The notes below the pieces were generated by a model. The model saw nothing but the letters and a program-made list of their open reading frames with translations. It was not told where the DNA came from and searched no databases. The position numbers and the translations under genes are program-made. Shown here piece by piece: positions 19,832-29,505 of a DNA stretch of 61,843 bases. Source of the DNA: Actinomycetales bacterium (GTDB taxonomy: Bacteria; Actinomycetota; Actinomycetes; Actinomycetales; CAVURS01); assembly GCA_045807245.1 (NCBI GenBank), contig JBJMHS010000036.1, positions 64,303 through 126,145 on the forward strand, in the 5' to 3' direction. The first letter of the stretch is position 1. Each line of letters starts with the position of its first letter.

Positions 19832-20842
19832 ATGCGCTTCCGTTTCCTGGGCAACTCCGGTCTGAAGATCTCCGAGATCACGTACGGCAACTGGCTGACC
19901 CACGGCTCGCAGGTCGAGAACGACATCGCGACCGAGTGCGTGCACGCCGCCCTCGACGTGGGCATCTCGACGTTCGACACTGCGGACGTCTACGCGAACA
20001 CCCGGGCCGAGACCGTGCTCGGCGAGGCGTTGAAGGGCCAGCGCCGCGAGTCACTCGAGATCTTCACCAAGGTGTACTGGCCGACCGGACCCGGCGGCCC
20101 CAACGACACCGGCCTGTCCCGCAAGCACGTCATGGAGTCGCTGCACGGCTCGTTGCGGCGGCTGCAGACCGAGTACGTCGACCTCTACCAGGCCCACCGT
20201 TACGACCACGAGACGCCCCTCGAGGAGACGATGCAGGCCTTCGCGGACATCGTGCGGCAGGGCAAGGCGTTGTACATCGGCGTCAGTGAGTGGACCGCCG
20301 ACCAGATCCGCGAGGGGCACAAGCTGGCCCAGAACCTGGGCATCCAGCTGATCAGCAGCCAGCCGCAGTACTCCATGCTGTGGCGGGTCATCGAGGCGGA
20401 GGTCGTCCCGACCTGCCGCGAGCTGGGCATCAGCCAGATCGTGTGGAGCCCCATCGCGCAGGGGGTGCTGTCGGCCAAGTACAAGCCAGGCCAGGCCCCT
20501 CCGGCCGGTTCGCGAGCCACCGACGACAAGGGCGGCGCGGACATGATTCGCGACTTCATGCGCGACGACGTCCTGACCGCGGTCCAGGGGCTCGTCCCGA
20601 TCGCCCAGGAGCTCGGCCTCACACCGGCCCAGCTGGCCGTCGCCTGGGTCCTGCAGAACGACAACGTGGCGGCCGCACTGGTGGGCGCCTCCCGGCCCGA
20701 GCAGGTCAAGGAGAACGTCAAGGCCAGTGGGGTCGAGATCCCCGCCGAGCTGATGAGCCGGATCGACGAGGTCCTCGGTGGCGTCGTCGAGCGGGATCCC
20801 GCGTTGACCCTCGAGGAGTCACCGAGTCGCCGGCTCACCTGA
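19832..20842 (+). CDS. Aldo/keto reductase (Kv-beta-like)
   Basis: FDTADVY, IFTK, DLYQAHR, YIGVSEW, WSPIAQG. Confidence 0.95.
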   Translation: MRFRFLGNSGLKISEITYGNWLTHGSQVENDIATECVHAALDVGISTFDTADVYANTRAETVLGEALKGQRRESLEIFTKVYWPTGPGGPNDTGLSRKHVMESLHGSLRRLQTEYVDLYQAHRYDHETPLEETMQAFADIVRQGKALYIGVSEWTADQIREGHKLAQNLGIQLISSQPQYSMLWRVIEAEVVPTCRELGISQIVWSPIAQGVLSAKYKPGQAPPAGSRATDDKGGADMIRDFMRDDVLTAVQGLVPIAQELGLTPAQLAVAWVLQNDNVAAALVGASRPEQVKENVKASGVEIPAELMSRIDEVLGGVVERDPALTLEESPSRRLT

Positions 20843-20870
20843 GCGGCCAGTCGGTGGATACCGTGCCCCG

Positions 20871-22301
20871 GTGACGGTGACAGCCACGGACCCGGTCGGG
20901 CCGGGCGCGACCGCGCTCGTCGCCGGCGTCGACTCCTCCACCCAGTCCTGCAAGGTGCTCGTGGTCGACGCCGAGTCCGGTTCCGTCGTGCGCAGCGGGT
21001 CCGCGTCCCACCCGGACGGCACGGAGGTCGACCCGGCGTACTGGTGGGACGCGCTCGGTCAGGCGTCCGCGCGGGCTGACCTGTCCGGCGTCGTCGCGCT
21101 GTCGGTCGCGGCCCAGCAGCACGGCATGGTCGCATTGGACGCCGCCGACGAGGTCGTCCGGCCGGCGTTGCTGTGGAACGACGTCCGCAGCGCACCGCAG
21201 GCCCGCGCCATGGTCGATCGGATGGGGGCGCAGGCCTGGGCGGACGCCGTCGGCAGCGTCCCGCTGCCTGCGTTCACCGTCACCAAGCTGGCCTGGCTGG
21301 CCGAGAACGAGCCCGCCCACGCCGACGCCGTCACGTCCGTCCTGCTGCCGCACGACTGGCTGACCTGGCGGCTGCTGGACCGGGCCGGCCGGCCCACCAC
21401 CGACCGGAGCGACGCCTCGGGCACCGGCTACTGGTCCCCCGCGACGAACGGGTACCGGACCGACCTGCTCGAGCAGGCCCTCGGTCACGCGGCCGAGCTG
21501 CCGCGAGTGCTCGGTCCCCGCGAAGTGGCCGGCACGACGCGCGAGGGCGTCATCTTGGGGCCAGGAGCCGGCGACAACGCAGGCGCCGCCCTCGGGCTCG
21601 GGCTGCAACCGGGGGAGGTGGCGGTCTCGCTCGGCACGAGCGGCGCGCTGTTCGCGGCCACCGACCAGCGGACGAACGACGGCTCGGGCATCGTGGCCGG
21701 CTTTGCCGACGCGACGGGCCGTCAGCTCCCCTTGTGCTGCACGCTCAACGCGGCCAGGGTGCTGACCGCCACGGCCGCGATGCTCGGAACGGACCTCGCC
21801 GGCCTGGACTTGCTTGCGGCCCAAGCCGATCCGGATGCCGGCGGCCTGACCTTGCTGCCTTATCTGGACGGCGAGCGCACACCGGACCTGCCCACGTCCG
21901 CAGGAAGCCTGCACGGTCTGCGCCGAGCCAACATGACTCCCGAGAACCTCGCGCGGGCCGCCGTGCTGGGCCTGCTGTGCGGGCTGGCCGACGCCCTCGA
22001 TGCCATGTGCGCCAACGGGATCCGCGCCGACCAGGTCGTCCTGATCGGCGGTGCGTCGAAGTCGGCAGCGGTCCGAACGGCGGCCCCCGACATCTTCGGC
22101 GTGCCGGCCGTCGTGCCGGTCGAAGCCGAGTACGTCGCGCTCGGAGCGGCCCGGCAGGCGGCCTGGGTGCTGTCGGGCTCCACCGAACCGCCGGTATGGA
22201 AGCGCGACGTCCTGGCCGAGGCCGTGCCGTCAGGGAGCGACTGGGGACCGGCGGTCCGAGAGCGCTACAGCGCGATCCGGCACGCGACGTACGGCATCTG
22301 A
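20871..22301 (+). CDS. xylB: Xylulokinase (FGGY kinase)
   Basis: GVDSSTQSCK, QQHG, LLWNDVR, SDASGT, GDNA, SLGTSG, GERTP. Confidence 0.88.
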   Translation: MTVTATDPVGPGATALVAGVDSSTQSCKVLVVDAESGSVVRSGSASHPDGTEVDPAYWWDALGQASARADLSGVVALSVAAQQHGMVALDAADEVVRPALLWNDVRSAPQARAMVDRMGAQAWADAVGSVPLPAFTVTKLAWLAENEPAHADAVTSVLLPHDWLTWRLLDRAGRPTTDRSDASGTGYWSPATNGYRTDLLEQALGHAAELPRVLGPREVAGTTREGVILGPGAGDNAGAALGLGLQPGEVAVSLGTSGALFAATDQRTNDGSGIVAGFADATGRQLPLCCTLNAARVLTATAAMLGTDLAGLDLLAAQADPDAGGLTLLPYLDGERTPDLPTSAGSLHGLRRANMTPENLARAAVLGLLCGLADALDAMCANGIRADQVVLIGGASKSAAVRTAAPDIFGVPAVVPVEAEYVALGAARQAAWVLSGSTEPPVWKRDVLAEAVPSGSDWGPAVRERYSAIRHATYGI

Positions 22302-22322
22302 CCGACCGGCAAAGGAGTCGCT

Positions 22323-23063
22323 GTGCTCGGTGATCTCACCGCTCAGACCGTCGCGATGGCCTCCGGGGACGGCACCGAGATCGAGGCGTACGCCGCGTCG
22401 CCCCTCAGCCAGGACCGCCGCGGGGGCGTCGTGGTGATCCACCACATGCCCGGATACGACCGCGGCACGAAGGAGATGGTGCGCCGGTTCGCCGACCTCG
22501 GGTTCGACGCGATCTGCCCGAACCTCTACTCGCGCCAGGCTCCCGGGGCTGCGCCGGACGACGCCTCGGCGACGGTGCGCGCCCAGGGCGGCGTGCCGGA
22601 CCAGCAGCTGGTCGACGACGTCTCGGGTGCGGCCGATCACCTGCGGGGCCGGCCGGCGAGCAACGGCAACGTCGGCGTTATCGGCCACTGCTCGGGGGGA
22701 CGCCAGGCCGTCCTCGCCGCCTGCCGTCTGGACCTGGACGCGGCTGTGGACTGCTACGGCGCCTACGTCGTGGGCCATCCGCCGGACGACTGGCCGCTCG
22801 CGGTCACGCCGTTGTACGACGACCTGCCGAACCTCGGTTGCCCGCTGCTGGGACTGTTCGGCAACGAGGACGCGCACCCGTCGCCGGCCGCGGTACGCGA
22901 GCTGGACACGCTCATGCGCGACCTGAGCCTGGACTTCGAGCACACCTCGTACGACGGCGCGGGGCACGCCTTCTTCGCCGTCGACCGCCCGGCGTACCGG
23001 GTCGAAGCCGCGACCGACGGCTGGCGTCGCATCGAGGCGTTCTACCGCCGGCATCTCGGCTGA
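22323..23063 (+). CDS. Dienelactone hydrolase family protein
   Basis: GHCSGG nucleophile, GNED, GAGHAF; AAGGAG RBS. Confidence 0.92.
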   Translation: MLGDLTAQTVAMASGDGTEIEAYAASPLSQDRRGGVVVIHHMPGYDRGTKEMVRRFADLGFDAICPNLYSRQAPGAAPDDASATVRAQGGVPDQQLVDDVSGAADHLRGRPASNGNVGVIGHCSGGRQAVLAACRLDLDAAVDCYGAYVVGHPPDDWPLAVTPLYDDLPNLGCPLLGLFGNEDAHPSPAAVRELDTLMRDLSLDFEHTSYDGAGHAFFAVDRPAYRVEAATDGWRRIEAFYRRHLG

Positions 23064-23084
23064 CCGACTCGAGCGGAGGCTCAC

Positions 23085-23348
23085 ATGTGCACCTATACGA
23101 CCGAGCGGGTCGAGCTGCGCGGCAGTGCCAAAGGACCGAACGGCTGGTTCCGCGCGACGACGGCCAGCGTCTACTACGACCACCCGGTCCATGCACCGGC
23201 GGGGCATGCCTTGAACATCGATGTCCTGGCGCCGGCCGACGGCCCGTCCGCTCGCGTCGCCCTCGAGCTCACCGCCGAGTCGGCGCGGGCCCTGGCCGCC
23301 GCTATCGAGCGCGCACTCGCAGCCGTGCCCGCGGCGCTGCTGGAGTGA
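23085..23348 (+). CDS. DUF6295-like conserved small protein
   Basis: MCTY..., GSAKG, YYDHPVHA, ARVALEL; GGAGG RBS. Confidence 0.75.
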   Translation: MCTYTTERVELRGSAKGPNGWFRATTASVYYDHPVHAPAGHALNIDVLAPADGPSARVALELTAESARALAAAIERALAAVPAALLE

Positions 23349-23355
23349 GCCGCGG

Positions 23356-23757
23356 ATGATCTCGGTGGACCTGGCCCGCGCCCTGCGCACGGCGGGGCTC
23401 TCCTGGCTGCCCAGCTCGGGCGACCGGTTCATCATCGACCAGCCGGAGCTGCAGGGCCAGAGCTTCGTCCTGAGCGACCTCACGGTCGACCTGCACAGCT
23501 TCCGGGGCGAGCAGCTGCTCGGCTTCAACGGGACTGTGGAGTGGGCCCTGGACTCCGTGACCGTCGACCAGGCGCTGTGGCTGCCGCACGAGCACCAGCT
23601 GCGCGAGGCGCTGGGTGCGGCCTTCCGCCGGCTCGAGTCGCTGGGGGCCGACCGCGTGCGCGTGGTCGTGGCCGTCGACGGAGGAGCCATCGAGTTCGAC
23701 GACGAGAGCGCGTCGTCGGCGTACGGACGGGCGCTGCTGCACCTGCTGACCCGGTAG
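23356..23757 (+). CDS. Conserved actinobacterial hypothetical protein
   Basis: High-GC3 ORF MISVDLARAL..GDRF..LGFNGTVEWALDSV..LWLPHEHQLR. Confidence 0.75.
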   Translation: MISVDLARALRTAGLSWLPSSGDRFIIDQPELQGQSFVLSDLTVDLHSFRGEQLLGFNGTVEWALDSVTVDQALWLPHEHQLREALGAAFRRLESLGADRVRVVVAVDGGAIEFDDESASSAYGRALLHLLTR

Positions 23758-23793
23758 GTCCGGGTCGTGGCTGGACTTGTCGGTAGGGCCGGG

Positions 23794-24009
23794 CTACTCG
23801 GTGGGGCGCAGGCTCATCGGGCCGTAGACGACCTGGCCGTCCTCGAGCAGGTAGACGGACTCCACCCCGTCGGCGAGCAGCACCCGCCACTCCTCGCCGA
23901 GCCAGGACTCGGCGTCCGACTGGGACGGGAACTGGCCGGGTGACGGCTCCGGAGCCACCGGCGCGCCGTCCGCGTCCTCGTACCGCCAGGTCCAGGCACC
24001 GCTGCTCAT
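23794..24009 (-). CDS. Small conserved hypothetical protein
   Basis: WTWRYE..FPSQSDAESWLGEEW..YGPMSL; start overlaps the cobA stop. Confidence 0.8.
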   Translation of the reverse strand: MSSGAWTWRYEDADGAPVAPEPSPGQFPSQSDAESWLGEEWRVLLADGVESVYLLEDGQVVYGPMSLRPTE

Positions 24010-25259
24010 GCGCCAACCGTAGCGACGACTGCCGGATCGACCAGCCCGGCGACCGCACCGACGACGACCACGGCCGGAGCGCGCAGACCGCCGTCCCCTG
24101 CCACCTGAGCCGCCGTCGCGAGCGTCGCGGCCAGAACCCGTTGGGAGGCAAGGCCTCCGTCCTCGACGGCGACGACCGGCGTCGTGGGTGCCATGCCAGC
24201 CGCCGTCAACGCTGCCGCGATCGCGGGCAGGGTCTCGACGGCCATGAGCAGCACCAGCGTCGTGCCGGTCCGGGCGAGTGCAGCCCAGTCGACGGCGCTG
24301 CCGGGGTCGCCCGGAGCCGCGTGGCCGGACACCACGGTGAAGCCCTGCGACAGCCCTCGGTGGGTGGCCGGGACCCCGACCAGCGCCGGGACGGCGACGG
24401 CGCTGGTCACACCGGGGACGACCTCGACGGGTACGCCGGCCGCGACGCACGCGTCGACCTCCTCCCGGCCGCGGCCGAAGACGAACGGGTCGCCGCCCTT
24501 GAGCCGTACGACGGTCCGGCCGGCCTGGGCGTGCTCGACGAGGAGCGCATTGATGGTCTCCTGCGGGGTGAACCGGCCGCGCGGGATCTTGCCGACGTCG
24601 ATCACCTCCACGTCGGGCCGCAGGCCGTCGAGCGCGGCAAGGGGCGCCAGCCGGTCGACGACCACGACGTCGGCCTCGGCCAACCGCTCGATGCCGCGCA
24701 GGGTCATCAGACCGGGGTCCCCGGGTCCGCCACCGACCAGGACGACGCGGCCCTTCGGGCGGGCGCTCGGGCGGCTGCGAGGTGCCTCACCGGCCCGGAG
24801 GGCGTCCGAGACGGCGTCGACCGCGATGTCGCGCAGGGCGGCCGCCTGCTGCGGGTCGCGGTCGGCGTGGACGGCGACCGTGGCCGGACCGGTACGGCCG
24901 GTCGCGGGCATCCACGCACTTGCCGCCGACGCGTCGTCAGCGCGCAGACACCACATGCGCTTGCTGTCCGCCTCGGCCAGTACGGCGGCGTTGACCTCCG
25001 GGTCGGCGGTGCAGGCAACGGCGAGCCAGGCGCCGTCGAGGTCTCCCCGCACGTACTCGCGCTCGTGCCAGGTCAGCTGGCCACGCGCAGCCAAGTCGGC
25101 CAGGGCGGTCTCCACCTGCGGTGACACGAGCGTGACGTCGGCGCCGGCCGTGCGCAGCGCCGCGACCCGGCGCAGCCCGACATGGCCGCCGCCCACCACC
25201 ACGACTCGCCGATGGGCGAGCCGAAGGCCCAGTGGCAGCAGCGGCTCGGCGTCGCTCAT
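24006..25259 (-). CDS. cobA: Uroporphyrinogen-III C-methyltransferase with N-terminal CysG-B domain (siroheme synthase-like)
   Basis: VVVVGGGHVG, LVGGGPGDPGL, RLKGGDPFVFGRG, VVPGVTS. Confidence 0.93.
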   Translation of the reverse strand: MSDAEPLLPLGLRLAHRRVVVVGGGHVGLRRVAALRTAGADVTLVSPQVETALADLAARGQLTWHEREYVRGDLDGAWLAVACTADPEVNAAVLAEADSKRMWCLRADDASAASAWMPATGRTGPATVAVHADRDPQQAAALRDIAVDAVSDALRAGEAPRSRPSARPKGRVVLVGGGPGDPGLMTLRGIERLAEADVVVVDRLAPLAALDGLRPDVEVIDVGKIPRGRFTPQETINALLVEHAQAGRTVVRLKGGDPFVFGRGREEVDACVAAGVPVEVVPGVTSAVAVPALVGVPATHRGLSQGFTVVSGHAAPGDPGSAVDWAALARTGTTLVLLMAVETLPAIAAALTAAGMAPTTPVVAVEDGGLASQRVLAATLATAAQVAGDGGLRAPAVVVVGAVAGLVDPAVVATVGA

Positions 25260-25315
25260 GGCGGCTACGGTATTCCGACCGTCCGCCTGACCAGGCCTGG
25301 GCGAGGAGGAGACAC

Positions 25316-26254
25316 GTGAGGCAGCCGCCGGAGCCGACACCCGAGGAGTCCGAGTCGGAGCCGGTCGACGAGCCCCTCGAGGAGCTGCGGGCCGTCTTAG
25401 ACGGCGCTGCCACCGCGGGCGTGCGGCGGCGTGATGTTGCCGTCGAGAACGCGGCGCGCGAGGTGATCGGGTCAGGTACGGAGCCGGGAGCCCGGCTCGG
25501 TCGACTCGCGGAGTGGGCGATCTGGCTCAGCGGTGCGCACGGCACATTCCCACCTCGTGCGCTCGAGCGGGTGACGATGGTCTCGGTCGGTCCGCCAGCA
25601 CCGCCGGGCCACCCGGCGTACGAGCTGTCGATCGGCGCGGGTGTGGTCGCCAGACCCCTTGTCATGCCAGCGGATTGGGCGTCGTCGGCCGACGTGGCTC
25701 GGGCCGGCGTCGAGACGATCGACGCCATCGTCGACGCCGGCTGCGACCTGCTGATCTGCCCTGGGATCGTGGACGAGGGCTCGAGCAACACCCTCGCCGC
25801 CCTCCTGCTCCATCTCACCGCGACCGAGGTGGTGGGTGACTCACCGCAGCTGGACGACGAGCAGTGGGCCGAGCGGGTCGCCGCGGTCCGCGACCGGACG
25901 TACCCGATGCGGGGAGTCGACGACGACCCGGTCGCGGTCCTGCACGCTCTGGGCTCACCCGAGCTGACGGCCCTCACCGCGATGCTGTTGCGAGCCGCCG
26001 CGCGCCGAACGCCGGTCCTGCTCGACGGCGCCGCCGACTGCGTGGCCGCGCTGTGCGCATCGCGGATCTCGATCCTCGCGTCCTGGTGGTACGCCGCTCC
26101 GGGATCCGGCGATGCCGCGACGACGCGGGCGATCGAGGCGCTGGGGATCGAGCCGGTCGTGGAGCTCGGCTCGCTGCTCGACGGTGGCGCCGCGGCCCTG
26201 ACCGCTCTGCCGCTCCTTCGCGCCGCCCAGCTGCTGGCCAGCGGAGCGGCCTAA
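25316..26254 (+). CDS. CobT-like nicotinate-nucleotide--DMB phosphoribosyltransferase, degenerate
   Basis: LGRLAEWA, LRAAARRTPVLLDG, LGIEPVVELG; position next to gcvT as for Rv2207; AGGAGGAG RBS. Confidence 0.7.
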   Translation: MRQPPEPTPEESESEPVDEPLEELRAVLDGAATAGVRRRDVAVENAAREVIGSGTEPGARLGRLAEWAIWLSGAHGTFPPRALERVTMVSVGPPAPPGHPAYELSIGAGVVARPLVMPADWASSADVARAGVETIDAIVDAGCDLLICPGIVDEGSSNTLAALLLHLTATEVVGDSPQLDDEQWAERVAAVRDRTYPMRGVDDDPVAVLHALGSPELTALTAMLLRAAARRTPVLLDGAADCVAALCASRISILASWWYAAPGSGDAATTRAIEALGIEPVVELGSLLDGGAAALTALPLLRAAQLLASGAA

Positions 26255-26321
26255 CGGAGCCCGGGCGACACGAGTCATCGCCGAGGCGACACCAAACTCG
26301 GAAAGCCGTCGCGCCGTGCCC

Positions 26322-27449
26322 TCATGAGTCCCTGGTCTGGACCTGCACGAACGGCGGCTTGACCACGCGCACCGGCAGGTCGCGGCCGCGCACGTCCACG
26401 ACCAGCTCGTCGCCCTCGGTCACGGCCGACCGGTCCAGGAGGGCGAGCGCGATGCCCTGCTTCAAGGTCGGGCTGAACGTCCCGGACGTCGTCTCGCCGA
26501 CGTCGTCACCATCGGCCGTACGGACGCGACACCCGGCCCGGGGGATGCCCCGCCCGGTCGCCAGCAGGCCCCAGGACAGCCGGCCGCCGCCGGCCTTCCC
26601 CAGCTCGCGGGCGGCGAGCAGGGCGTCGCGGCCCCAGAACGCGTCCTTGGTCCAGCCGACCGCCCAGCTGGCGCGCGCCTCGACCGGGTTGATCGACAGC
26701 GAGAGATCCTGACCGTGCAGCGGGTACCCCATCTCGGTGCGCAAGGTGTCTCGCGCGCCGAGCCCGCACGGGAGCCCCTCCTGCGCCGTCGCCGCCTCGA
26801 TCAGTGCGTCCCACAGCGCCTCCGCATCGCCCCACAGCGGCAGCAACTCGTAGCCGCGCTCTCCGGTGTAGCCCGTGCGGCACACGACGATCGGCCGCCC
26901 GTCCCACTCGGCATCGACGAACTGCATGTAGTCGTGACCGGTCGGCAGGCCCAGGGCGTCGAGCACCTCGTCGCTGCGCGGCCCCTGCACGGCCAGCACC
27001 GCATAGGTCTCGTGCTCGTCGGTGACGATCACCTCCGGCGCCGAGTCCGCGGCGGCCGCCGACAGCCGCCGTACGACCTCTGCCGTGTTCGCGGCGTTCG
27101 GCAAGAGCAAGACGTCGTCGCTCGAGCGCAGGTAGGCGATCAGGTCGTCGACGACACCACCGGTGGACTCCTCGCAGCACAGCGTGTACTGGGCCTGGCC
27201 CGGCCCGATGCGACCGAGGTCGTTCGTGAACGAGGCGTTGGCGAACGCCTCGGCGCCCGGCCCGCGCAGGTGTGCCTTGCCCAGATGGCTCACGTCGAAG
27301 ATGCCCACCCGCTCGCGCACGGCCGTGTGCTCGCGCACGACGCCGCCGCCGGGGTACTCGATCGGCATCTCCCAGCCGCCGAAGTCGGCGAGCTTGGCGC
27401 CGAGGGCACCGTGCCGGGAGTGAAGAGGGGAGCGCCGGAGCCCGGTCAT
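26322..27449 (-). CDS. gcvT: Glycine cleavage aminomethyltransferase
   Basis: [38 protein letters not shown]. Confidence 0.97.
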   Translation of the reverse strand: MTGLRRSPLHSRHGALGAKLADFGGWEMPIEYPGGGVVREHTAVRERVGIFDVSHLGKAHLRGPGAEAFANASFTNDLGRIGPGQAQYTLCCEESTGGVVDDLIAYLRSSDDVLLLPNAANTAEVVRRLSAAAADSAPEVIVTDEHETYAVLAVQGPRSDEVLDALGLPTGHDYMQFVDAEWDGRPIVVCRTGYTGERGYELLPLWGDAEALWDALIEAATAQEGLPCGLGARDTLRTEMGYPLHGQDLSLSINPVEARASWAVGWTKDAFWGRDALLAARELGKAGGGRLSWGLLATGRGIPRAGCRVRTADGDDVGETTSGTFSPTLKQGIALALLDRSAVTEGDELVVDVRGRDLPVRVVKPPFVQVQTRDS

Positions 27450-27522
27450 GGCAGGCAACGTACCGAACGGCGAGCCGGCACCCGACCGGTGAGCGCACCC
27501 GCGAAGCCCTAACATCGCCGTC

Positions 27523-29058
27523 GTGACGTCCCTCCGCATCAGCGACAAGGCCCCTTCCGACATCAAGACCGACGCCCTCGTCATCGGCGTCGCGAGCGGG
27601 CCGGACGGTCCTGTACTCCCCAGCGGCCGAGGCGCCCCAGAGCTGCCCCGCGCCCTGCGCACGAGCCTGACCGGTTCCTTGACAGCGCTCGGCGTGACCG
27701 GCAAGGCCGACCAGGTCGTGCGCATCCCGTCGAACGGCGCGGTCGCTGCACCCGTTCTCGTCCTCACCGGACTCGGCCAGGTGCCGGCCGGCCGCTCACC
27801 GGCGTACGACGCGGAGGTGCTGCGCCGCGCGGCCGGTGCGGCCACCCGAACCTTGGCCGGCACTGCGAGCGTCGCCGTCGCCCTCCCGGCTGCCGACACC
27901 GCCGCGATCGGTGCCGTCGCCGAGGGCGCGCTCATGGGCGCCTACGTCTTCACCCGGCACCGCAGCCGGAGCATGCAGGACGCGAAGCCGGCGGTCAGCG
28001 CGGTCACGGTCGTCGGCGCCAACCCGCGCGACCGGGCCGTCCGGGCCGCGGCCGCCCGGGCCGAAGCGGTCGCGACCGCGGTGAACCTCACGCGCGACCT
28101 GGTCAACACCGCGCCGGGCGACCTCCCGCCCGCCGCGCTGGCCGACGCCGTGGTGGCCAGCGTCAAGGGCTCGTCCGTGCGGGCGACCGTTCTCGATGAG
28201 AAGGCCCTGACCAAGGGCGGCTACGGCGGCATCCTCGGCGTCGGCAAGGGCTCGTCCCGGCCCCCCCGGCTGGTCAAGCTCAGCTACAAGCCGGCCAAGG
28301 CCACCAAGCACCTGGCTCTCGTCGGCAAGGGCATCACGTTCGACTCCGGCGGCCTGTCGCTCAAGCCCCCGGCCGGCATGGAGACCATGAAGTCGGACAT
28401 GGCCGGAGCCGCGGCCGTCGCCGCCACCGTCCGGGCGATCGCCCAGCTGCAGCTCCCGGTCCAGGTCACGGGCTGGCTGGCCATCGCCGAGAACATGCCG
28501 TCCGGCTCGGCCCAGCGCCCGTCGGACGTCATGACGACGTACGGCGGCCGGACGGTCGAGGTGCTCAACACCGACGCCGAGGGCCGGCTGGTGCTCGCCG
28601 ACGCCGTGGTGGCGGCCAGCGAGGAGCACCCGGACGCCATCGTCGACATCGCCACGCTGACCGGGCATCAGGTCATCGCGCTCGGCCTGCGCGTGTCCGC
28701 GATCATGACCAACGACGAGGCTCTGTCCGGCCAGATCAAGGACGCCGCCGACCGCAGCGGCGAGCAGTTCTGGCCCATGCCGCTGCCCCAGGAGCTGCGG
28801 GCCAGCATGGACTCCCAGGTCGCCGACATCGCGAACATGGGCTCGCGCGAGGGCGGCATGCTGGTCGCCGGCTTGTTCATCAAGGAGTTCGTCGGCAACC
28901 GCAAGGACGCCGACGAGCAGATCCCGTGGGGACACCTCGACATCGCCGGGCCGTCCTTCAACACCGAGCAGCCCTTCGGCTACACCCCCAAGGGCGGCAC
29001 GGCGGTCGGCGTCCGGACGATGCTCGCCCTGGCCGAGGACATGGCCTCAGCCGGCTGA
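27523..29058 (+). CDS. pepA: Leucyl aminopeptidase (M17)
   Basis: [35 protein letters not shown]. Confidence 0.96.
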   Translation: MTSLRISDKAPSDIKTDALVIGVASGPDGPVLPSGRGAPELPRALRTSLTGSLTALGVTGKADQVVRIPSNGAVAAPVLVLTGLGQVPAGRSPAYDAEVLRRAAGAATRTLAGTASVAVALPAADTAAIGAVAEGALMGAYVFTRHRSRSMQDAKPAVSAVTVVGANPRDRAVRAAAARAEAVATAVNLTRDLVNTAPGDLPPAALADAVVASVKGSSVRATVLDEKALTKGGYGGILGVGKGSSRPPRLVKLSYKPAKATKHLALVGKGITFDSGGLSLKPPAGMETMKSDMAGAAAVAATVRAIAQLQLPVQVTGWLAIAENMPSGSAQRPSDVMTTYGGRTVEVLNTDAEGRLVLADAVVAASEEHPDAIVDIATLTGHQVIALGLRVSAIMTNDEALSGQIKDAADRSGEQFWPMPLPQELRASMDSQVADIANMGSREGGMLVAGLFIKEFVGNRKDADEQIPWGHLDIAGPSFNTEQPFGYTPKGGTAVGVRTMLALAEDMASAG

Positions 29059-29388
29059 GCCGGACCCGCTCTGGCGGGAGCTCCACTCGCGCATCCGGGC
29101 GGGGTACCCGGTGAGCTGGACGTCGTACACCGGCACTCCCAGCTCCTTGGCGAGCCCGGCAGCGGCTCGCTCGTCGGCGACCCGGCGCCTGGTCCACTCG
29201 CCCGTCGTCGCCACGAGCACGATCGTCGTGGGCGTCACGGTGGTGCGCGGCTCGACGTACATCTCGACGCCGGTCCGGGTGGTGACGAAGTCCCGCAGGT
29301 GGGCCATGGCCGCCTTGACCTGCTCACTTGTCGGCTGACCGGACGGCACGGACGGGCCGCCGACCTTGCGCCGTCGCAGCCATGCCAC
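29047..29388 (-). CDS. Conserved actinobacterial hypothetical protein
   Basis: GTG after GAGGAGG; GVEMYVEPRT..GEWTRRRV..GYPARMREW; usual position between pepA and lpd/sucB. Confidence 0.8.
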   Translation of the reverse strand: MAWLRRRKVGGPSVPSGQPTSEQVKAAMAHLRDFVTTRTGVEMYVEPRTTVTPTTIVLVATTGEWTRRRVADERAAAGLAKELGVPVYDVQLTGYPARMREWSSRQSGSGSAG

Positions 29389-29505
29389 GGCACCCTCCTC
29401 GGTTCGTGCGGTCCTGTGCGGTGGTGAAAGGATGGCCGGGCCATCCAGGCGATCATCGCGTGTCACCCAGTCGTGATGAACGTCCGACATGCAAGGGAGC
29501 GTTCC

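Noticed and set aside
23356..23757. Pilus assembly protein CpaE (label I recall for similar proteins)
   Set aside because: No receiver or ATPase domain and no tad genes nearby.
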